Part shown: positions 10,114 to 20,580 of the stretch, piece after piece
How positions within the stretch are numbered: the first letter of the stretch is position 1
Layout: every line of letters starts with the position of its first letter
Notes under the pieces: generated by a model
Databases searched by the model: none
What the model was told of the DNA's origin: nothing
Seen by the model: the letters and a program-made list of their open reading frames with translations, nothing else
Made by a program: the position numbers and the translations under genes
Source of the DNA: Actinomycetota bacterium
GTDB lineage: Bacteria > Actinomycetota > Geothermincolia > Geothermincolales > RBG-13-55-18
DNA length: 64,000 nt
NCBI GenBank assembly: GCA_030019255.1
Contig: JASEFK010000001.1
Span: 25,012-89,011 of the forward strand
Direction of reading: 5' to 3'

Positions 10114-10385
10114 GGCAACACCTCCTGCTTTCCCTGCTGAAACACCGATTCACGCCGATGCTCCCCCTAGTCTTTCGGGAAGCAACATTAATACTAATAC
10201 AAAAGGGCGAGTGAGGCAATTTAGTAATCTCCGCTTAATACTTATGTCCTGTTCCGGTCACGGTCGGGGGATAGGTTTCGGTATACAGGGAGGGGCCGAT
10301 GTTTGATATGTTAGGAATGGCGGGAAGTACGCATGAGTGACGAGAGGAGCTCGAGTAGAGGGGTCGGGATGAGAAGGAGGGGCAG

Positions 10386-11231
10386 ATGCAGGGCTATAAT
10401 CCCGGGCAGATAAGGAAATACCTCAAGCAGCTCAGACAGAGGGAGCAGGAATACATCTACTACCTGGGTCGACTGGCCTACCAGGCGGGGGAAGAGGGCA
10501 GGCTGGAGGAAGGCCCCATGCTGGACGCCTACCGTACCCTCAAGGACATCCGGGAGCAGGCGGTCCGCTGGGAGGCCTACCTGGAGGGGCTGCGAGCGGC
10601 GAAGATGGCGCCCCCGGCGGCACGCTGTCCACGCTGCGGGAACTATCTCACTCCGGGAGCCGCGACCTGTCCATACTGCGGGCAGGCGACGGCCACGGGT
10701 TACCCAGCACCGGCCGGTGCCCCGGGCCCCGTGCCTCCGTCGGGAACGGTTCATCGCTCTACGGTGACCGCGGCTGCTCCTCCGGGCACTGTTACCGCCA
10801 CGGTGAGGGAGGAGATGAGGACCCCGACCCCCCCTGCGGAGGAGCCCCCGGCGCGGACCGCGGGGGAAGCGGCGGAGAGGTGTCCCGGCTGCGGCAAGGT
10901 GCTGGAGCCGGACGCCAACTTCTGCGGGAGTTGTGGAAGAAGGGTGAGGCCTAAGCCGGAGGTCGCGGGAGCCGGGGAGGAGACTCCCGCGGAGCCCACA
11001 CCGGCGACGGAGGTGGGAGAGACGACGGTAGAGAAACCGGAGGGAAAGGGAGCGCCGCCCGGAGCGACGGCAGCGGCCCCCTTCGGGGAAACGGAGTCCC
11101 GGCCCATGGACAAGGAGGAAGCGACGGTGACCGAACCCACGGGGAGCCTGCCATGCTCCGCTTGCGGGAAGCTGGTGGGCGATCCCGAAGCCAGGTTCTG
11201 TCCGGATTGCGGAGCGAGGTTGCGGGAATGA
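10386..11231 (+). CDS. Zinc-ribbon protein (three CxxC-x10-11-CxxC ribbons, Pro/Ala/Thr-rich linkers, helical N-terminus)
   Basis: CPRCG...CPYCG; CPGCG...FCGSCG; CSACG...FCPDCG; strong RBS; stop overlaps cobO start (ATGA). Confidence 0.75.
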   Translation: MQGYNPGQIRKYLKQLRQREQEYIYYLGRLAYQAGEEGRLEEGPMLDAYRTLKDIREQAVRWEAYLEGLRAAKMAPPAARCPRCGNYLTPGAATCPYCGQATATGYPAPAGAPGPVPPSGTVHRSTVTAAAPPGTVTATVREEMRTPTPPAEEPPARTAGEAAERCPGCGKVLEPDANFCGSCGRRVRPKPEVAGAGEETPAEPTPATEVGETTVEKPEGKGAPPGATAAAPFGETESRPMDKEEATVTEPTGSLPCSACGKLVGDPEARFCPDCGARLRE

Positions 11232-11737
11232 TCCAGGTCTACACCGGAGACGGCAAGGGCAAGACCACCGCCGCCCTGGGGCAGGCCCTGCGGGCTCTGG
11301 GCCACGGGCAGAAGGTGTTCATGATCCAGTTCATGAAGGGACGGACCTACGGGGAGTTGCTGGCCTGCCAGAGGTGCCTTCCGGACCTGACCATCGTCAT
11401 GTCCGGGAGGGACGAGTTCGTGAAGAAGGGCGCCCCGGAGGAGGTGGACCTGCGCATGGCTAGGGAAGGTTTCGAGCTGGCCAAGAAAGTCGCCCGGGAG
11501 GGAAAGCACCAAATGCTCATCCTGGACGAGATAAACGTGGCCATCGACTATGGACTTCTTCCCTTGCAGGAGGTGCTGGATTTCCTGCGCTCCTGCCCTC
11601 CCGATATGGAGGTGGTATGCACCGGCCGCTACGCGCCGCCTGAGCTCGTGGATATAGCCGACCTGGTGAGCGAGGTCCGCGAGGTGAAGCATCACTACCG
11701 GCGCGGGGTGCCCATGCGCAAGGGTATAGAATATTAA
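11228..11737 (+). CDS. cobO: Cob(I)alamin adenosyltransferase, CobO/BtuR type
   Basis: MIQVYTGDGKGKTTAALG, IQFMKG, LILDEI, VVCTGR, ADLVSEV..VKH.Y..G...RKGIEY. Confidence 0.93.
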   Translation: MIQVYTGDGKGKTTAALGQALRALGHGQKVFMIQFMKGRTYGELLACQRCLPDLTIVMSGRDEFVKKGAPEEVDLRMAREGFELAKKVAREGKHQMLILDEINVAIDYGLLPLQEVLDFLRSCPPDMEVVCTGRYAPPELVDIADLVSEVREVKHHYRRGVPMRKGIEY

Positions 11738-11806
11738 ACGAGACCACGTGCTTCTTGTTGCAGGCTAGACGCGGTATCCGTGGTTGAAATTCCGTGGTGA
11801 GCGAAT

Positions 11807-13444
11807 ATGGGCAAGAAAGAATGGTACCGGAAACACTATGAGCCCTCCGGGCTTGATAAGGAAAAATTTACCACCCTCTCCGGCACCGAGCTGGAGCCCC
11901 TCTACACCCCGGAGGACGTGGAGGACCTGGACTACGAGCACGACCTGGGATACCCGGGCTGTTATCCCTACACCCGGGGCATCCGCCCCACCATGTACCG
12001 GGGGCGGCTGTGGACCATGCGCCAGTTCTCCGGCTTCGGCACCGCAGAGGACACCAACCGGCGCTACAAGTTCCTCCTGGAGCGGGGGCAGACCGGGCTC
12101 TCGGTGGCCTTCGATATGCCCACCATCATGGGCCGGGACTCCGACGATCCCCTTTCGGAGGGCGAGGTGGGACGCTGCGGGGTGGCCATCGATTCCCTCC
12201 AGGACATGGAGATCCTCTTCGAGGGCATCCCCCTCCGGGAGATCACCACCTCCATGACCATCAACGGACCGGCGGCGGTGCTCCTGGCCTTCTACCTGTG
12301 CGTGGGGGAGAAGCAGGGGGCCTCCTTCCGGGAGCTGGGGGGGACCATCCAGAACGACATCCTGAAGGAGTACATCGCCCAGAAGTCCTGGATCTTCCCT
12401 CCCCGCCCCTCCATGCGCATCATCACCGATATCCTGGCCTTCTGCTCGGCGGAGGTCCCCCGCTGGAACACCATAAGTATCAGCGGATACCACATCCGGG
12501 AAGCCGGCTCCACCGCGGTGCAGGAGCTGGCCTTCACCCTGGCCGACGGCTTCGCCTACGTGGAGGCAGGCATAGCCGCGGGGCTGGACGTGGACTCCTT
12601 CGCCCCCCGCCTCTCCTTCTTCTTCAACTCCCACTTGGACTTCTTCGAGGAGATCGCCAAGTTCCGGGCCGCCCGCCGTATCTGGGCCCGGCACATGAAG
12701 GAGAAATACGGGGCCAAGGACCCGCGTTCCTGGATGATGCGCTTCCATACCCAAACCGCGGGCTGCTCCCTCACCGCCCAGCAGCCGGAGAACAACATCG
12801 TGCGCACCGCCTTCGAGGCCCTGGCCGCCGTGCTGGGAGGCACCCAGAGCCTGCACACCAACTCCCTAGACGAGACCCTGGCCCTCCCCACGGAGAAGGC
12901 GGTGCAGATCGCCCTCCGCACCCAGCAGATCATCGCCCATGAGACGGGGGTCACCAACGTCATCGACCCCCTGGGCGGCTCCTATTTCATCGAGGCCCTC
13001 ACCGAGCGCATGGAGAGGGAGGCCGAGGAGTACTTCCGGCGCATCGAGGAGCAGGGCGGGGTACTGGCCTGCATCGAGAACGGTTTCTTTCAGCGGGAGA
13101 TAGCCGACGCCGCCTACCGCTACCAGATGGAGATCGAGCGGGGGGAAAGGATAGTGGTGGGGGTGAACCGCTTCCAGGACCCGGAGGAGAACCTGGACAT
13201 CGAGATCCTCAAGATAGACCCCGAGGTGGAGAGGAGACAGCGGGAGAGGCTGGCCCGCCTGCGCGCGGAGCGCTCCGCGGCGGAGGTGGAGAGGACCCTG
13301 GAGGCCCTAAAGGAAGGGGCGCGGGGGGATGCCAACCTCATGCCCCTGATCATCGACTGCGCCCGCGCCTACTGCACGGAGGGGGAGATAATCGGGGCCC
13401 TCAAGGAGGTCTTCGGGGAATACCGGGAAAAGCCCATCTACTAG
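11807..13444 (+). CDS. icmA: B12-dependent acyl-CoA mutase large subunit with isobutyryl-CoA mutase-type residues
   Basis: [21 protein letters not shown] (Phe at the MCM Tyr89 position), [12 protein letters not shown] (Gln at the MCM Arg207 position), [19 protein letters not shown]. Confidence 0.85.
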   Translation: MGKKEWYRKHYEPSGLDKEKFTTLSGTELEPLYTPEDVEDLDYEHDLGYPGCYPYTRGIRPTMYRGRLWTMRQFSGFGTAEDTNRRYKFLLERGQTGLSVAFDMPTIMGRDSDDPLSEGEVGRCGVAIDSLQDMEILFEGIPLREITTSMTINGPAAVLLAFYLCVGEKQGASFRELGGTIQNDILKEYIAQKSWIFPPRPSMRIITDILAFCSAEVPRWNTISISGYHIREAGSTAVQELAFTLADGFAYVEAGIAAGLDVDSFAPRLSFFFNSHLDFFEEIAKFRAARRIWARHMKEKYGAKDPRSWMMRFHTQTAGCSLTAQQPENNIVRTAFEALAAVLGGTQSLHTNSLDETLALPTEKAVQIALRTQQIIAHETGVTNVIDPLGGSYFIEALTERMEREAEEYFRRIEEQGGVLACIENGFFQREIADAAYRYQMEIERGERIVVGVNRFQDPEENLDIEILKIDPEVERRQRERLARLRAERSAAEVERTLEALKEGARGDANLMPLIIDCARAYCTEGEIIGALKEVFGEYREKPIY

Positions 13445-13492
13445 GGTCGGACCGGGATCTGACCCCCAACCGGACTTTCGACAGGAGGTAAG

Positions 13493-13882
13493 ATGAAGAA
13501 GCCGCGCATTCTCATCGCCAAGCCAGGGCTGGACGGCCACGACCGGGGGGCCAAGGTGGTGGCCCGGGGCCTGGCCGACGCCGGTTTCGAGGTCATCTAC
13601 ACTGGCCTTCACCAGACCCCGGAGCAGATCACCGAGGCTGCCATCCAGGAGGACGTGGACGCTGTGGGACTTTCCATCCTCTCCGGGGCCCACATGACCC
13701 TCTTCCCCCGGGTCATGGAGCTCCTCCGGGAGAAGGGCGGGCAGAACATCATGGTCTTCGGGGGAGGCATCATCCCCATGGACGACGCCGTGGAGCTCAA
13801 GCGCATGGGGGTGGCGGAGATCTTCGGTCCCGGCACTTCCATCTCGGAGATAGTGTCCTTCCTCAAAAGAAGGCTCGGTTGA
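13493..13882 (+). CDS. icmB: Cobalamin-binding small subunit of the mutase
   Basis: [12 protein letters not shown] (DxHxxG), [22 protein letters not shown]. Confidence 0.9.
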   Translation: MKKPRILIAKPGLDGHDRGAKVVARGLADAGFEVIYTGLHQTPEQITEAAIQEDVDAVGLSILSGAHMTLFPRVMELLREKGGQNIMVFGGGIIPMDDAVELKRMGVAEIFGPGTSISEIVSFLKRRLG

Positions 13883-13931
13883 ACGTTCCTCCCTCGAGAA
13901 AAATCCCGTTGAGGGGGTTGTTCGATCAACC

Positions 13932-13961
13932 TTGAAACTCCGGAAATACATTTAATATAAT
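13932..13961 (+). promoter_or_regulatory. Sigma70-type promoter upstream of the HdrD-Etf-Hdr-Flox operon
   Basis: TTGAAA-N18-TATAAT in an AT-rich patch. Confidence 0.6.
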
Positions 13962-14070
13962 TAGTTGGCCCTTGCCGGGAAAGCCCTGCTTTCCACGGGT
14001 GGAGCCCGGCATTAGAGATAGAGCAAGGCAAGTTATACGGGACGGAAAAAGGAACGAAGCGGGGTTTGTC

Positions 14071-15207
14071 ATGTGCGCCGAAGAACTCGATTTCATCACC
14101 AAGTATGACCTCCTCGGATGCATCCAGTGCGGCCGATGTACGGGGGGTTGTCCCGTGGCCATGCGGACTCCCCTGCGGGTCAGGTGCTTCATGTACGACA
14201 CCCAGAACGAGGAGCGCCTGGAGGAGCTCTCCGAGCGCCCCGAGATCTGGGACTGCACCACCTGCTACACCTGCGCCGCCCGCTGCCCCAAGGGCCTGGA
14301 GCCCCTGGAGGTGCTCATTGGACTGCGCAGCATCCAGATCGAGGAGGGGAGGGTCCAGCCCACGGTGCGCGACGCCCTAGAGTCCATCTTCAAGGACGGC
14401 AACCCGTGGGGTTCGCCGCGTGCCAAGCGCCTGGACTGGACCAAGGACCTGGAGGTCAAGATCCTGGAGCCCGAGGCGGAGGAGACCACCGACGTCCTCC
14501 TCTTCATCTGCTGCACCGACGCCTACGACCCCCGGGTGATGAAGGTGGCCCAGGCCCTGGTCAAAGTGCTTGACGCGGCGGGGGTGGACTTCGGGCTCAT
14601 CGGGGAGGACGAGAGCTGCTGCGGCAGCGAGGTGCGCCGCCTGGGCGAGGAGGGCCTCTTCGAGATGTGCGACGAGGAGAACGTGGAGCTCCTCAATTCC
14701 TTCAACATCAACCGCATCGTGGCCATCAGTCCCCACTGCTACAACACCCTCAAGAAGGAGTACCACGGCCTCAAGCACCCCGTCCTCCATTACACGGAGC
14801 TGGTGGCCCAGCTCCTAGAGGACGGCAAGCTCCAGCTTAAGGGGGAGCTCCCCAAGGTGGTCACCTACCACGATCCCTGCTTCCTGGGGAAGCAGAACGA
14901 CATCTACGACGAGCCCAGGTACATCATCACCCGCATCCCCGGGGTGGACTTCCGGGAGTTCGACCGCTGCCGGGAGCGCAGCCTGTGCTGCGAAGGGGGC
15001 GGCGGCAAGATGTGGGTGGAGAGTGAGTCCAAGGAAGAGAGGCTGGCCGAGATACGGGTCACCGACGCCAAGGAGCTGGGAGCGGAAATAATCGCCGTCG
15101 CCTGCCCCTTCTGCCTCCTCACCCTGGAGGACGCCACCAAGGTGAAGGGTATCGAGGAGGAGATGCGGGTGGCGGACATCCTCGAGCTCCTGGCCGAGGC
15201 CTTGTAG
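14071..15207 (+). CDS. Soluble HdrD-like Fe-S oxidoreductase (2x[4Fe-4S] plus two CCG domains)
   Basis: CIQCGRCTGGCP, CTTCYTCAARCP, ESCCG, SPHC, YHDPC, LCCEGGGG, CPFC; no hydrophobic membrane segment. Confidence 0.88.
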   Translation: MCAEELDFITKYDLLGCIQCGRCTGGCPVAMRTPLRVRCFMYDTQNEERLEELSERPEIWDCTTCYTCAARCPKGLEPLEVLIGLRSIQIEEGRVQPTVRDALESIFKDGNPWGSPRAKRLDWTKDLEVKILEPEAEETTDVLLFICCTDAYDPRVMKVAQALVKVLDAAGVDFGLIGEDESCCGSEVRRLGEEGLFEMCDEENVELLNSFNINRIVAISPHCYNTLKKEYHGLKHPVLHYTELVAQLLEDGKLQLKGELPKVVTYHDPCFLGKQNDIYDEPRYIITRIPGVDFREFDRCRERSLCCEGGGGKMWVESESKEERLAEIRVTDAKELGAEIIAVACPFCLLTLEDATKVKGIEEEMRVADILELLAEAL

Positions 15208-15267
15208 ATAGACCCCGTTTCCCCGGCGGAAAGAAAAGGGATAGGAAAGGGAAGAGGTGATAAGGGT

Positions 15268-16062
15268 ATGAACATGGTGGTGTGCGTGAAAAGGGTCCCG
15301 GACACCGCGGAGTCCGAGGTCCACATCGATGCCTCCGGGAAGGACATCGAGAAGAGCCGCCTGTCCTTCGGCATCAACGAGTGCGATAACTACGCCGTGG
15401 AGGAGGCCATACAGATCAAGGAGAGGCTCGGGGGCACGGTGACGGTCATCAGCCTGGGGCCCAAGGAGAACGACGAGGTCATCCGCATGGCCCTGGCCAA
15501 GGGTGGCGATGAGGCCATCCGCCTGGAGGACGAGGCCTTCGACGGCAGCGACGGGTTCGCGGTGGCCAAGGCCCTGGCGGCGGCCATCAAGGACCTGGAG
15601 TACGACATCGTCTTTACCGGGGCGCTGGCCGACGATGACGGGTATGGTGTGGTCCCCGCGGCCCTGGGCGAGCTCCTGGGCGTGCCCCACGCCACCTACG
15701 TGAAGAAGGTGGAGATCCTGGAGGACGGCAAGCGGGCCCGGGTGGGCCGCGAGCTGGAGGGAGGCCTCCTGGAGTTCCTGGAGATCGAGCTGCCCTGCGT
15801 GCTGGGCATCCAGACGGGCATCAACGAGCCGCGCTACGCCTCCTTCAAGGGCATCAAGCAAGCGGCCAAGAAAGAGATCACCGTGAAGAGCGCCGCCGAC
15901 CTGGGGCTGGACCCTTCCGAGGTGGGGGAGGCCGGTTCGTGGGCCGTACTGGAGAAGTTCACGCCCCCGGTGGTGGGCGAGATGGCGGAGATACTGGAGG
16001 GCGACCCGGAGGAGACCGCGGCCAAGCTGGCCGCCATCCTAAAGGAGAAGGGGCTGGTGTAA
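15268..16062 (+). CDS. etfB: Electron transfer flavoprotein beta subunit
   Basis: VVCVKRVPDT, INECDNYAVEEA, GINEPRYAS. Confidence 0.95.
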   Translation: MNMVVCVKRVPDTAESEVHIDASGKDIEKSRLSFGINECDNYAVEEAIQIKERLGGTVTVISLGPKENDEVIRMALAKGGDEAIRLEDEAFDGSDGFAVAKALAAAIKDLEYDIVFTGALADDDGYGVVPAALGELLGVPHATYVKKVEILEDGKRARVGRELEGGLLEFLEIELPCVLGIQTGINEPRYASFKGIKQAAKKEITVKSAADLGLDPSEVGEAGSWAVLEKFTPPVVGEMAEILEGDPEETAAKLAAILKEKGLV

Positions 16063-17028
16063 ATGAAGGACATCTTCGTTCTCATCGAGCACCGTCGCGG
16101 CGAGATGCGCGACGTATCCATCGAGATGCTGTGCGGCGCCGCCGGCCTGGGCGGCACGGTGGTGGCCGTCCTCTTCGGCAAGGATGTGGACGCCTTCGCG
16201 GAGAAGGCCGCTGGGTACGCGGACAAGGTTCTCTACGTCAACGACCCCATGTTCGAGAACTACAACTCTGAGGCCTACCAGAAGGCCCTCTCCGCCCTCA
16301 TCAAGGAGCACAACCCGGGGCTGGTGCTCATCGGCAACACCGCGCAGGGCATCGACCTGGCACCTGCGCTGGCCGTGGAGCTGGGAGCGCCCCTGGTCAC
16401 CGACATCACCGCCCTGGAGATGGACAGTGACAAGCCCAAGCCCACCCGCCAGTTCTACGGGGGCAAGCTGGACGCCCACATGGTGATGAAGGACGCCGAC
16501 CTGTACATCCTCACTGTGCGCGAGGCTACCTTCCAGGCCGGCGAACCCTCCAAGTCCGGCGAGATCGTCAAGGTGGACAACCCGGTCAAGGAGGAGATCA
16601 CCTACCGCAAGTTCGTGGAATACGTGGAGCCCGAGGTGGGCGAGGTGGACATCACCCAGTCCACCATGCTGGTGGGCGTGGGACGCGGCATACGCGAGGA
16701 CAAGAACCTCCCCATCGTGGAGGAGCTGGCCAAGGTGCTGGGCGCCGACCTCGCCGCCTCCCGTGCCGTGGTGGACGCCGGTTGGCTCCCGGCCGACCGC
16801 CAGGTGGGCATCTCCGGGAAGACGGTGAAGCCCAAGCTCTACCTGGCGGTGGGCATCTCCGGGGCCTTCCAGCACGTGACGGGGATGAAGGGCTCGGAGG
16901 TCATCGTGGCCATCAACAAGGATCCCGATGCCCCCATCTTCGGCATCGCCGATTATGGCATCGTGGACGACCTCTTCAAGGTGGTGCCCAAGCTCACGGA
17001 GAAGATCAAGGAGTTGAAGGGGCTTTAA
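16063..17028 (+). CDS. etfA: Electron transfer flavoprotein alpha subunit
   Basis: [51 protein letters not shown]. Confidence 0.95.
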   Translation: MKDIFVLIEHRRGEMRDVSIEMLCGAAGLGGTVVAVLFGKDVDAFAEKAAGYADKVLYVNDPMFENYNSEAYQKALSALIKEHNPGLVLIGNTAQGIDLAPALAVELGAPLVTDITALEMDSDKPKPTRQFYGGKLDAHMVMKDADLYILTVREATFQAGEPSKSGEIVKVDNPVKEEITYRKFVEYVEPEVGEVDITQSTMLVGVGRGIREDKNLPIVEELAKVLGADLAASRAVVDAGWLPADRQVGISGKTVKPKLYLAVGISGAFQHVTGMKGSEVIVAINKDPDAPIFGIADYGIVDDLFKVVPKLTEKIKELKGL

Positions 17029-17122
17029 TAATCGTCATGGAGCCCCGGCTCCTCCGGTGCCCATAATGAGATAGCAGGATCTTTACGACCGTAGCCTACG
17101 GCACGAGGAGGAAACTGGAAAC

Positions 17123-19156
17123 ATGAACGGTAAGCCGAAGATCGGAGTCTACGTCTGCCACTGCGGCACCAACATCGCCGGGGTGGTGAACGTGGAGGAG
17201 GTGGTGCAGTTCGCCTCCACTCTCCCCGACGTGGTGGTAGCCCGCAACTACTCCTACATGTGCTCCGACCCTGGGCAGGCGTTGATCACCGACGACATCG
17301 AGAAGTACGGGTTGAACCGGGTGGTGGTGGCCTCCTGCTCCCCGCGCATGCATGAGCCCACCTTCCGCAAGACCCTCCTCTCCGGGGGCCTCAACCCCTA
17401 CTTCCTGGAGATGGCCAACATCCGGGAGCAGTGCTCCTGGGTGCACGAGGACCCCATAGCCGCCACGCAGAAGGCCAAGCGCATCGTGGAGGCGGCGGTG
17501 GTCAAGGCCCGCCGGCTGGAGGCCCTGGACGTCAAGGAAGTGGACGTGGAGCCCGCCTGCCTGATCATCGGGGCGGGGATCGCCGGCATCCAGGCGGCGC
17601 TGGACATAGCGGACGCCGGGTTCAAGGTCTACCTGGTGGAGAAGTCCCCCACCGTGGGGGGACACATGGCCCAGCTGGACAAGACCTTCCCCACCCTGGA
17701 CTGCTCGGCCTGCATCCTCACCCCCAAGATGGTGGACGTGGCCAACCACCCCAACATCGAGCTCATGACCTACTCCCAGGTGGAGGAAATCTCTGGCTAC
17801 ATCGGCAACTTCGACGTCAAGGTGCGCAAGAAGTCCCGCTTCGTGGACATGGACAAGTGCACGGGCTGCGGGGCCTGCGCCGACGTCTGCCGCATGGCCG
17901 GCCGCATCCCCAACGAGTTCGACGAGGGCATCGGCATGCGGGGGGCCATCTACCTCCCCTTCCCCCAGGCGGTTCCCGCCAAGTACACCATCGACAAGGA
18001 GAACTGCCTCTTCCTCTCCAAGGGGAAGTGCGGGGAATCCCCCAGGTGCAAGGACGCCTGCCAGGCGGATGCCATCAACTTCGACCTCCAGGACGAGATC
18101 GTGGAGTTCAAGGTGGGCACCATCATCGTGGCCACCGGGTACGACGTCTTCGACGCCCGCAAGAAGCCGGAATACGCCTACGGGGTCTACGACAACGTGC
18201 TCACCGCCCTGGAGTTCGAGCGCCTGGTGAACGCCTCCGGGCCCACCGGCGGGAAGATCGTCATGCTCGAGCGGGGGAAGAAGAAAAAGAAGAAGGAGGG
18301 CGAGGAGGCCGAGCCCCCCAAGGTCCCCAAGAGCATCACCTTCATCCAGTGCGTGGGGTCCCGCGACAAGAGCGTGGGCAACGAGTACTGCTCCCGGGTG
18401 TGCTGCATGTACACCGCCAAGCTGGCCCACCTGGCCAAGGACAAGATCCCGGATTGCGAGGTGACCATCTTCTACATGGACGTGCGCGCCTTCGGGAAGG
18501 GATTCGAGGAGTTCTACGACCGGGTGCGCCGCGAGGGGGTGCGCTACATCCGGGGCAACCCCTCGGAGATCTTCAAGCGGGGGGACAAGCTGGTGGTCAA
18601 GGCCGAGGACACCCTGACCACTACCCCGCTGGAGCACGAGACGGACATGGTGGTCCTCTCCGTGGGGCTGGTGCCGCGCTCCGACAACCGGGAAATAATT
18701 GATCTCCTCAAGCTCTCTCAGTCCTCGGACCTCTTCTACCTGGAGGCCCATCCCAAGCTGCGCCCGGTGGACACCGCCTCCGACGGCGTCTTCCTGGCCG
18801 GCGTCTGCCAGGGTCCAAAGGACATCCCCGACGCCGTGGCCCAGGCCAAGGGCGCCGCGTCGGCGGCCATGATCCCCATGGCCTCTGGGAAGGTGAAAGT
18901 GGAGGCCCAGACCTCGGAGGTCAACGAGGCCACCTGCCGCGGCTGCGGCTTCTGCGTGGCCGTCTGCCCCTTCGCGGCCATCGAGCTGGTGGAGACCACC
19001 CGCAACGGCTGGCCGGTGAAGGTGGCCCGGGTCAACGAGGCGCTGTGCAAGGGGTGCGGCGCCTGCGCTGCCGCCTGCCTCTCGGGGTCCATCCAGCAGC
19101 GTTCCTTCAAGGACGTCCAGATACTCCCGCAGATACAGGCCCTGGGGGTGAAGTGA
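17123..19156 (+). CDS. hdrA: Heterodisulfide reductase subunit A-like flavoprotein
   Basis: GVYVCHCGTNI, SCSP, NIREQCSW, GAGIAG, KTFPTLDCSACI, CVGSRD, CSRVCC, C-terminal CRGCGFC and CKGCGAC ferredoxin motifs. Confidence 0.95.
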   Translation: MNGKPKIGVYVCHCGTNIAGVVNVEEVVQFASTLPDVVVARNYSYMCSDPGQALITDDIEKYGLNRVVVASCSPRMHEPTFRKTLLSGGLNPYFLEMANIREQCSWVHEDPIAATQKAKRIVEAAVVKARRLEALDVKEVDVEPACLIIGAGIAGIQAALDIADAGFKVYLVEKSPTVGGHMAQLDKTFPTLDCSACILTPKMVDVANHPNIELMTYSQVEEISGYIGNFDVKVRKKSRFVDMDKCTGCGACADVCRMAGRIPNEFDEGIGMRGAIYLPFPQAVPAKYTIDKENCLFLSKGKCGESPRCKDACQADAINFDLQDEIVEFKVGTIIVATGYDVFDARKKPEYAYGVYDNVLTALEFERLVNASGPTGGKIVMLERGKKKKKKEGEEAEPPKVPKSITFIQCVGSRDKSVGNEYCSRVCCMYTAKLAHLAKDKIPDCEVTIFYMDVRAFGKGFEEFYDRVRREGVRYIRGNPSEIFKRGDKLVVKAEDTLTTTPLEHETDMVVLSVGLVPRSDNREIIDLLKLSQSSDLFYLEAHPKLRPVDTASDGVFLAGVCQGPKDIPDAVAQAKGAASAAMIPMASGKVKVEAQTSEVNEATCRGCGFCVAVCPFAAIELVETTRNGWPVKVARVNEALCKGCGACAAACLSGSIQQRSFKDVQILPQIQALGVK

Positions 19157-19159
19157 ACC

Positions 19160-19600
19160 ATGGCGGAGAAGAACAACGATTTCGAGCCCAACATCGTGGC
19201 CTTCCTCTGCAACTGGTGTTCCTACGCCGGGGCGGACCTGGCCGGCACCTCCCGCATCCAGTACCCGCCCAACGTGCGGGTCATCCGGGTCATGTGCTCC
19301 GGCCGGGTGAACCCCCTGTTCGTGATGAACGCCTTGCAGCAGGGGGCGGACGGGGTGCTCATCTCCGGGTGCCACCCCGGTGACTGCCACTATATGCAGG
19401 GCAACTATTACGCCAGGCGCCGCTTCGCCCTCATGCGCAACTTCCTCGAGTACCTCGGCGTGGAGCCGGAGAGGGTGCGCATGAGCTGGGTGTCGGCCTC
19501 CGAGGGCGCCAAGTGGAAGGAGGTCATCGAGGAGGTCGTGAGCGGCGTGAAATCCGTCGGGCCCATGAACAAGTTCCAACGGAGGCAGTTAAATTGGTAG
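19160..19600 (+). CDS. mvhD: MvhD/FloxD-type [2Fe-2S] subunit
   Basis: AFLCNWCSYAGAD, RVMCSGRV, GCHPGDCHY. Confidence 0.93.
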   Translation: MAEKNNDFEPNIVAFLCNWCSYAGADLAGTSRIQYPPNVRVIRVMCSGRVNPLFVMNALQQGADGVLISGCHPGDCHYMQGNYYARRRFALMRNFLEYLGVEPERVRMSWVSASEGAKWKEVIEEVVSGVKSVGPMNKFQRRQLNW

Positions 19601-20577
19601 ACGTAGAAAGACTCAGAGAGATCGCCAGGGAAGTCATCTCCCGGGACGACGTCCGCCAGCTCATCGGCTACCGCCAGGGTACCTACGGGTTCCGGGCCCG
19701 CCCCGCCTTCATCACCTCCCCCGAGGAGGTGGACCAGCTCATCTTCTCCCCGGCCTGCGTGAACAACCTGGCCACCTACCTCACCCTGGAGGAGAAGCTC
19801 CCCGTCCCGCGGGGCCAGGAGCCGGACCTCCGCAAGGTGGCGGTGATGGTCAAGGGGTGCGACTCCCGGGCCCTGGTGCAGCAGATGGAGGAGAAGGCCT
19901 ACGAGCGCGAGCGCATCGTGGTCCTGGGCATCCCCTGCACCGGCGTGGTGGACATGGACAAGGTGGAGAAGAGGTTCCCCGACGTCCTCTCCCGGGGGGA
20001 GATTACCCTGGAGGGGGACAAGTTCGTCCTCTCCTTCGACGGCCAGCGGGAGGAGGTGCCCAAGGAGGAGCTCCTGGCGGACAAGTGCAAGCGGTGCCGC
20101 TATCCCACCCCCCTCGTCTACGACCAGCTCCTGGACGAGGCGGTGGAGCGCTTCGCCGACGACGACTACTCCGACGTGCTGGAGCTGGAGAAGCGTTCCG
20201 CCGAGGAGAAGTGGGCCTACTGGGAGGAGAAGTTCTCGCGCTGTATCCGCTGCTATTCCTGCCGCAACGTCTGTCCCATGTGCTACTGCGAGGACTGCGT
20301 GCTGGACCGCCTGAACCCCCAGTGGATGCGGCGCAGCGTGGACATCAGCGAGAACACCGCCTACCACATCGCGCGGGCCTACCACCTGGCCGGTCGCTGC
20401 ATCCAGTGCGGGGAGTGCCAGCGGGTCTGCCCGGTGGAGATTCCCCTCATGGAGCTCAACCGCAAGTTCTACAAGGACGTGGAGGAGCTCTACGATTACG
20501 AGCCGGGGACCGACGCCGAGGCGCCTCCGCTCCTGGCCACCTTCAAGGTGGACGACCGCGAAGACTTCATACTGTAA
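19594..20577 (+). CDS. FloxC-like 4Fe-4S dicluster protein
   Basis: TTG start after GGAGG; KGCDSRA, GIPCTG, CKRC, CIRCYSCRNVCPMCYC, CIQCGECQRVCP. Confidence 0.8.
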   Translation: MVDVERLREIAREVISRDDVRQLIGYRQGTYGFRARPAFITSPEEVDQLIFSPACVNNLATYLTLEEKLPVPRGQEPDLRKVAVMVKGCDSRALVQQMEEKAYERERIVVLGIPCTGVVDMDKVEKRFPDVLSRGEITLEGDKFVLSFDGQREEVPKEELLADKCKRCRYPTPLVYDQLLDEAVERFADDDYSDVLELEKRSAEEKWAYWEEKFSRCIRCYSCRNVCPMCYCEDCVLDRLNPQWMRRSVDISENTAYHIARAYHLAGRCIQCGECQRVCPVEIPLMELNRKFYKDVEELYDYEPGTDAEAPPLLATFKVDDREDFIL

Positions 20578-20580
20578 AGG

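Noticed and set aside
10114-10385. Cobalamin riboswitch before the cobO/mutase genes
   Set aside because: No B12-box consensus found by eye; region is short and promoter-like
17123-19600. Selenocysteine in HdrA or MvhD
   Set aside because: Both frames are open with Cys at the relevant motifs; no in-frame TGA
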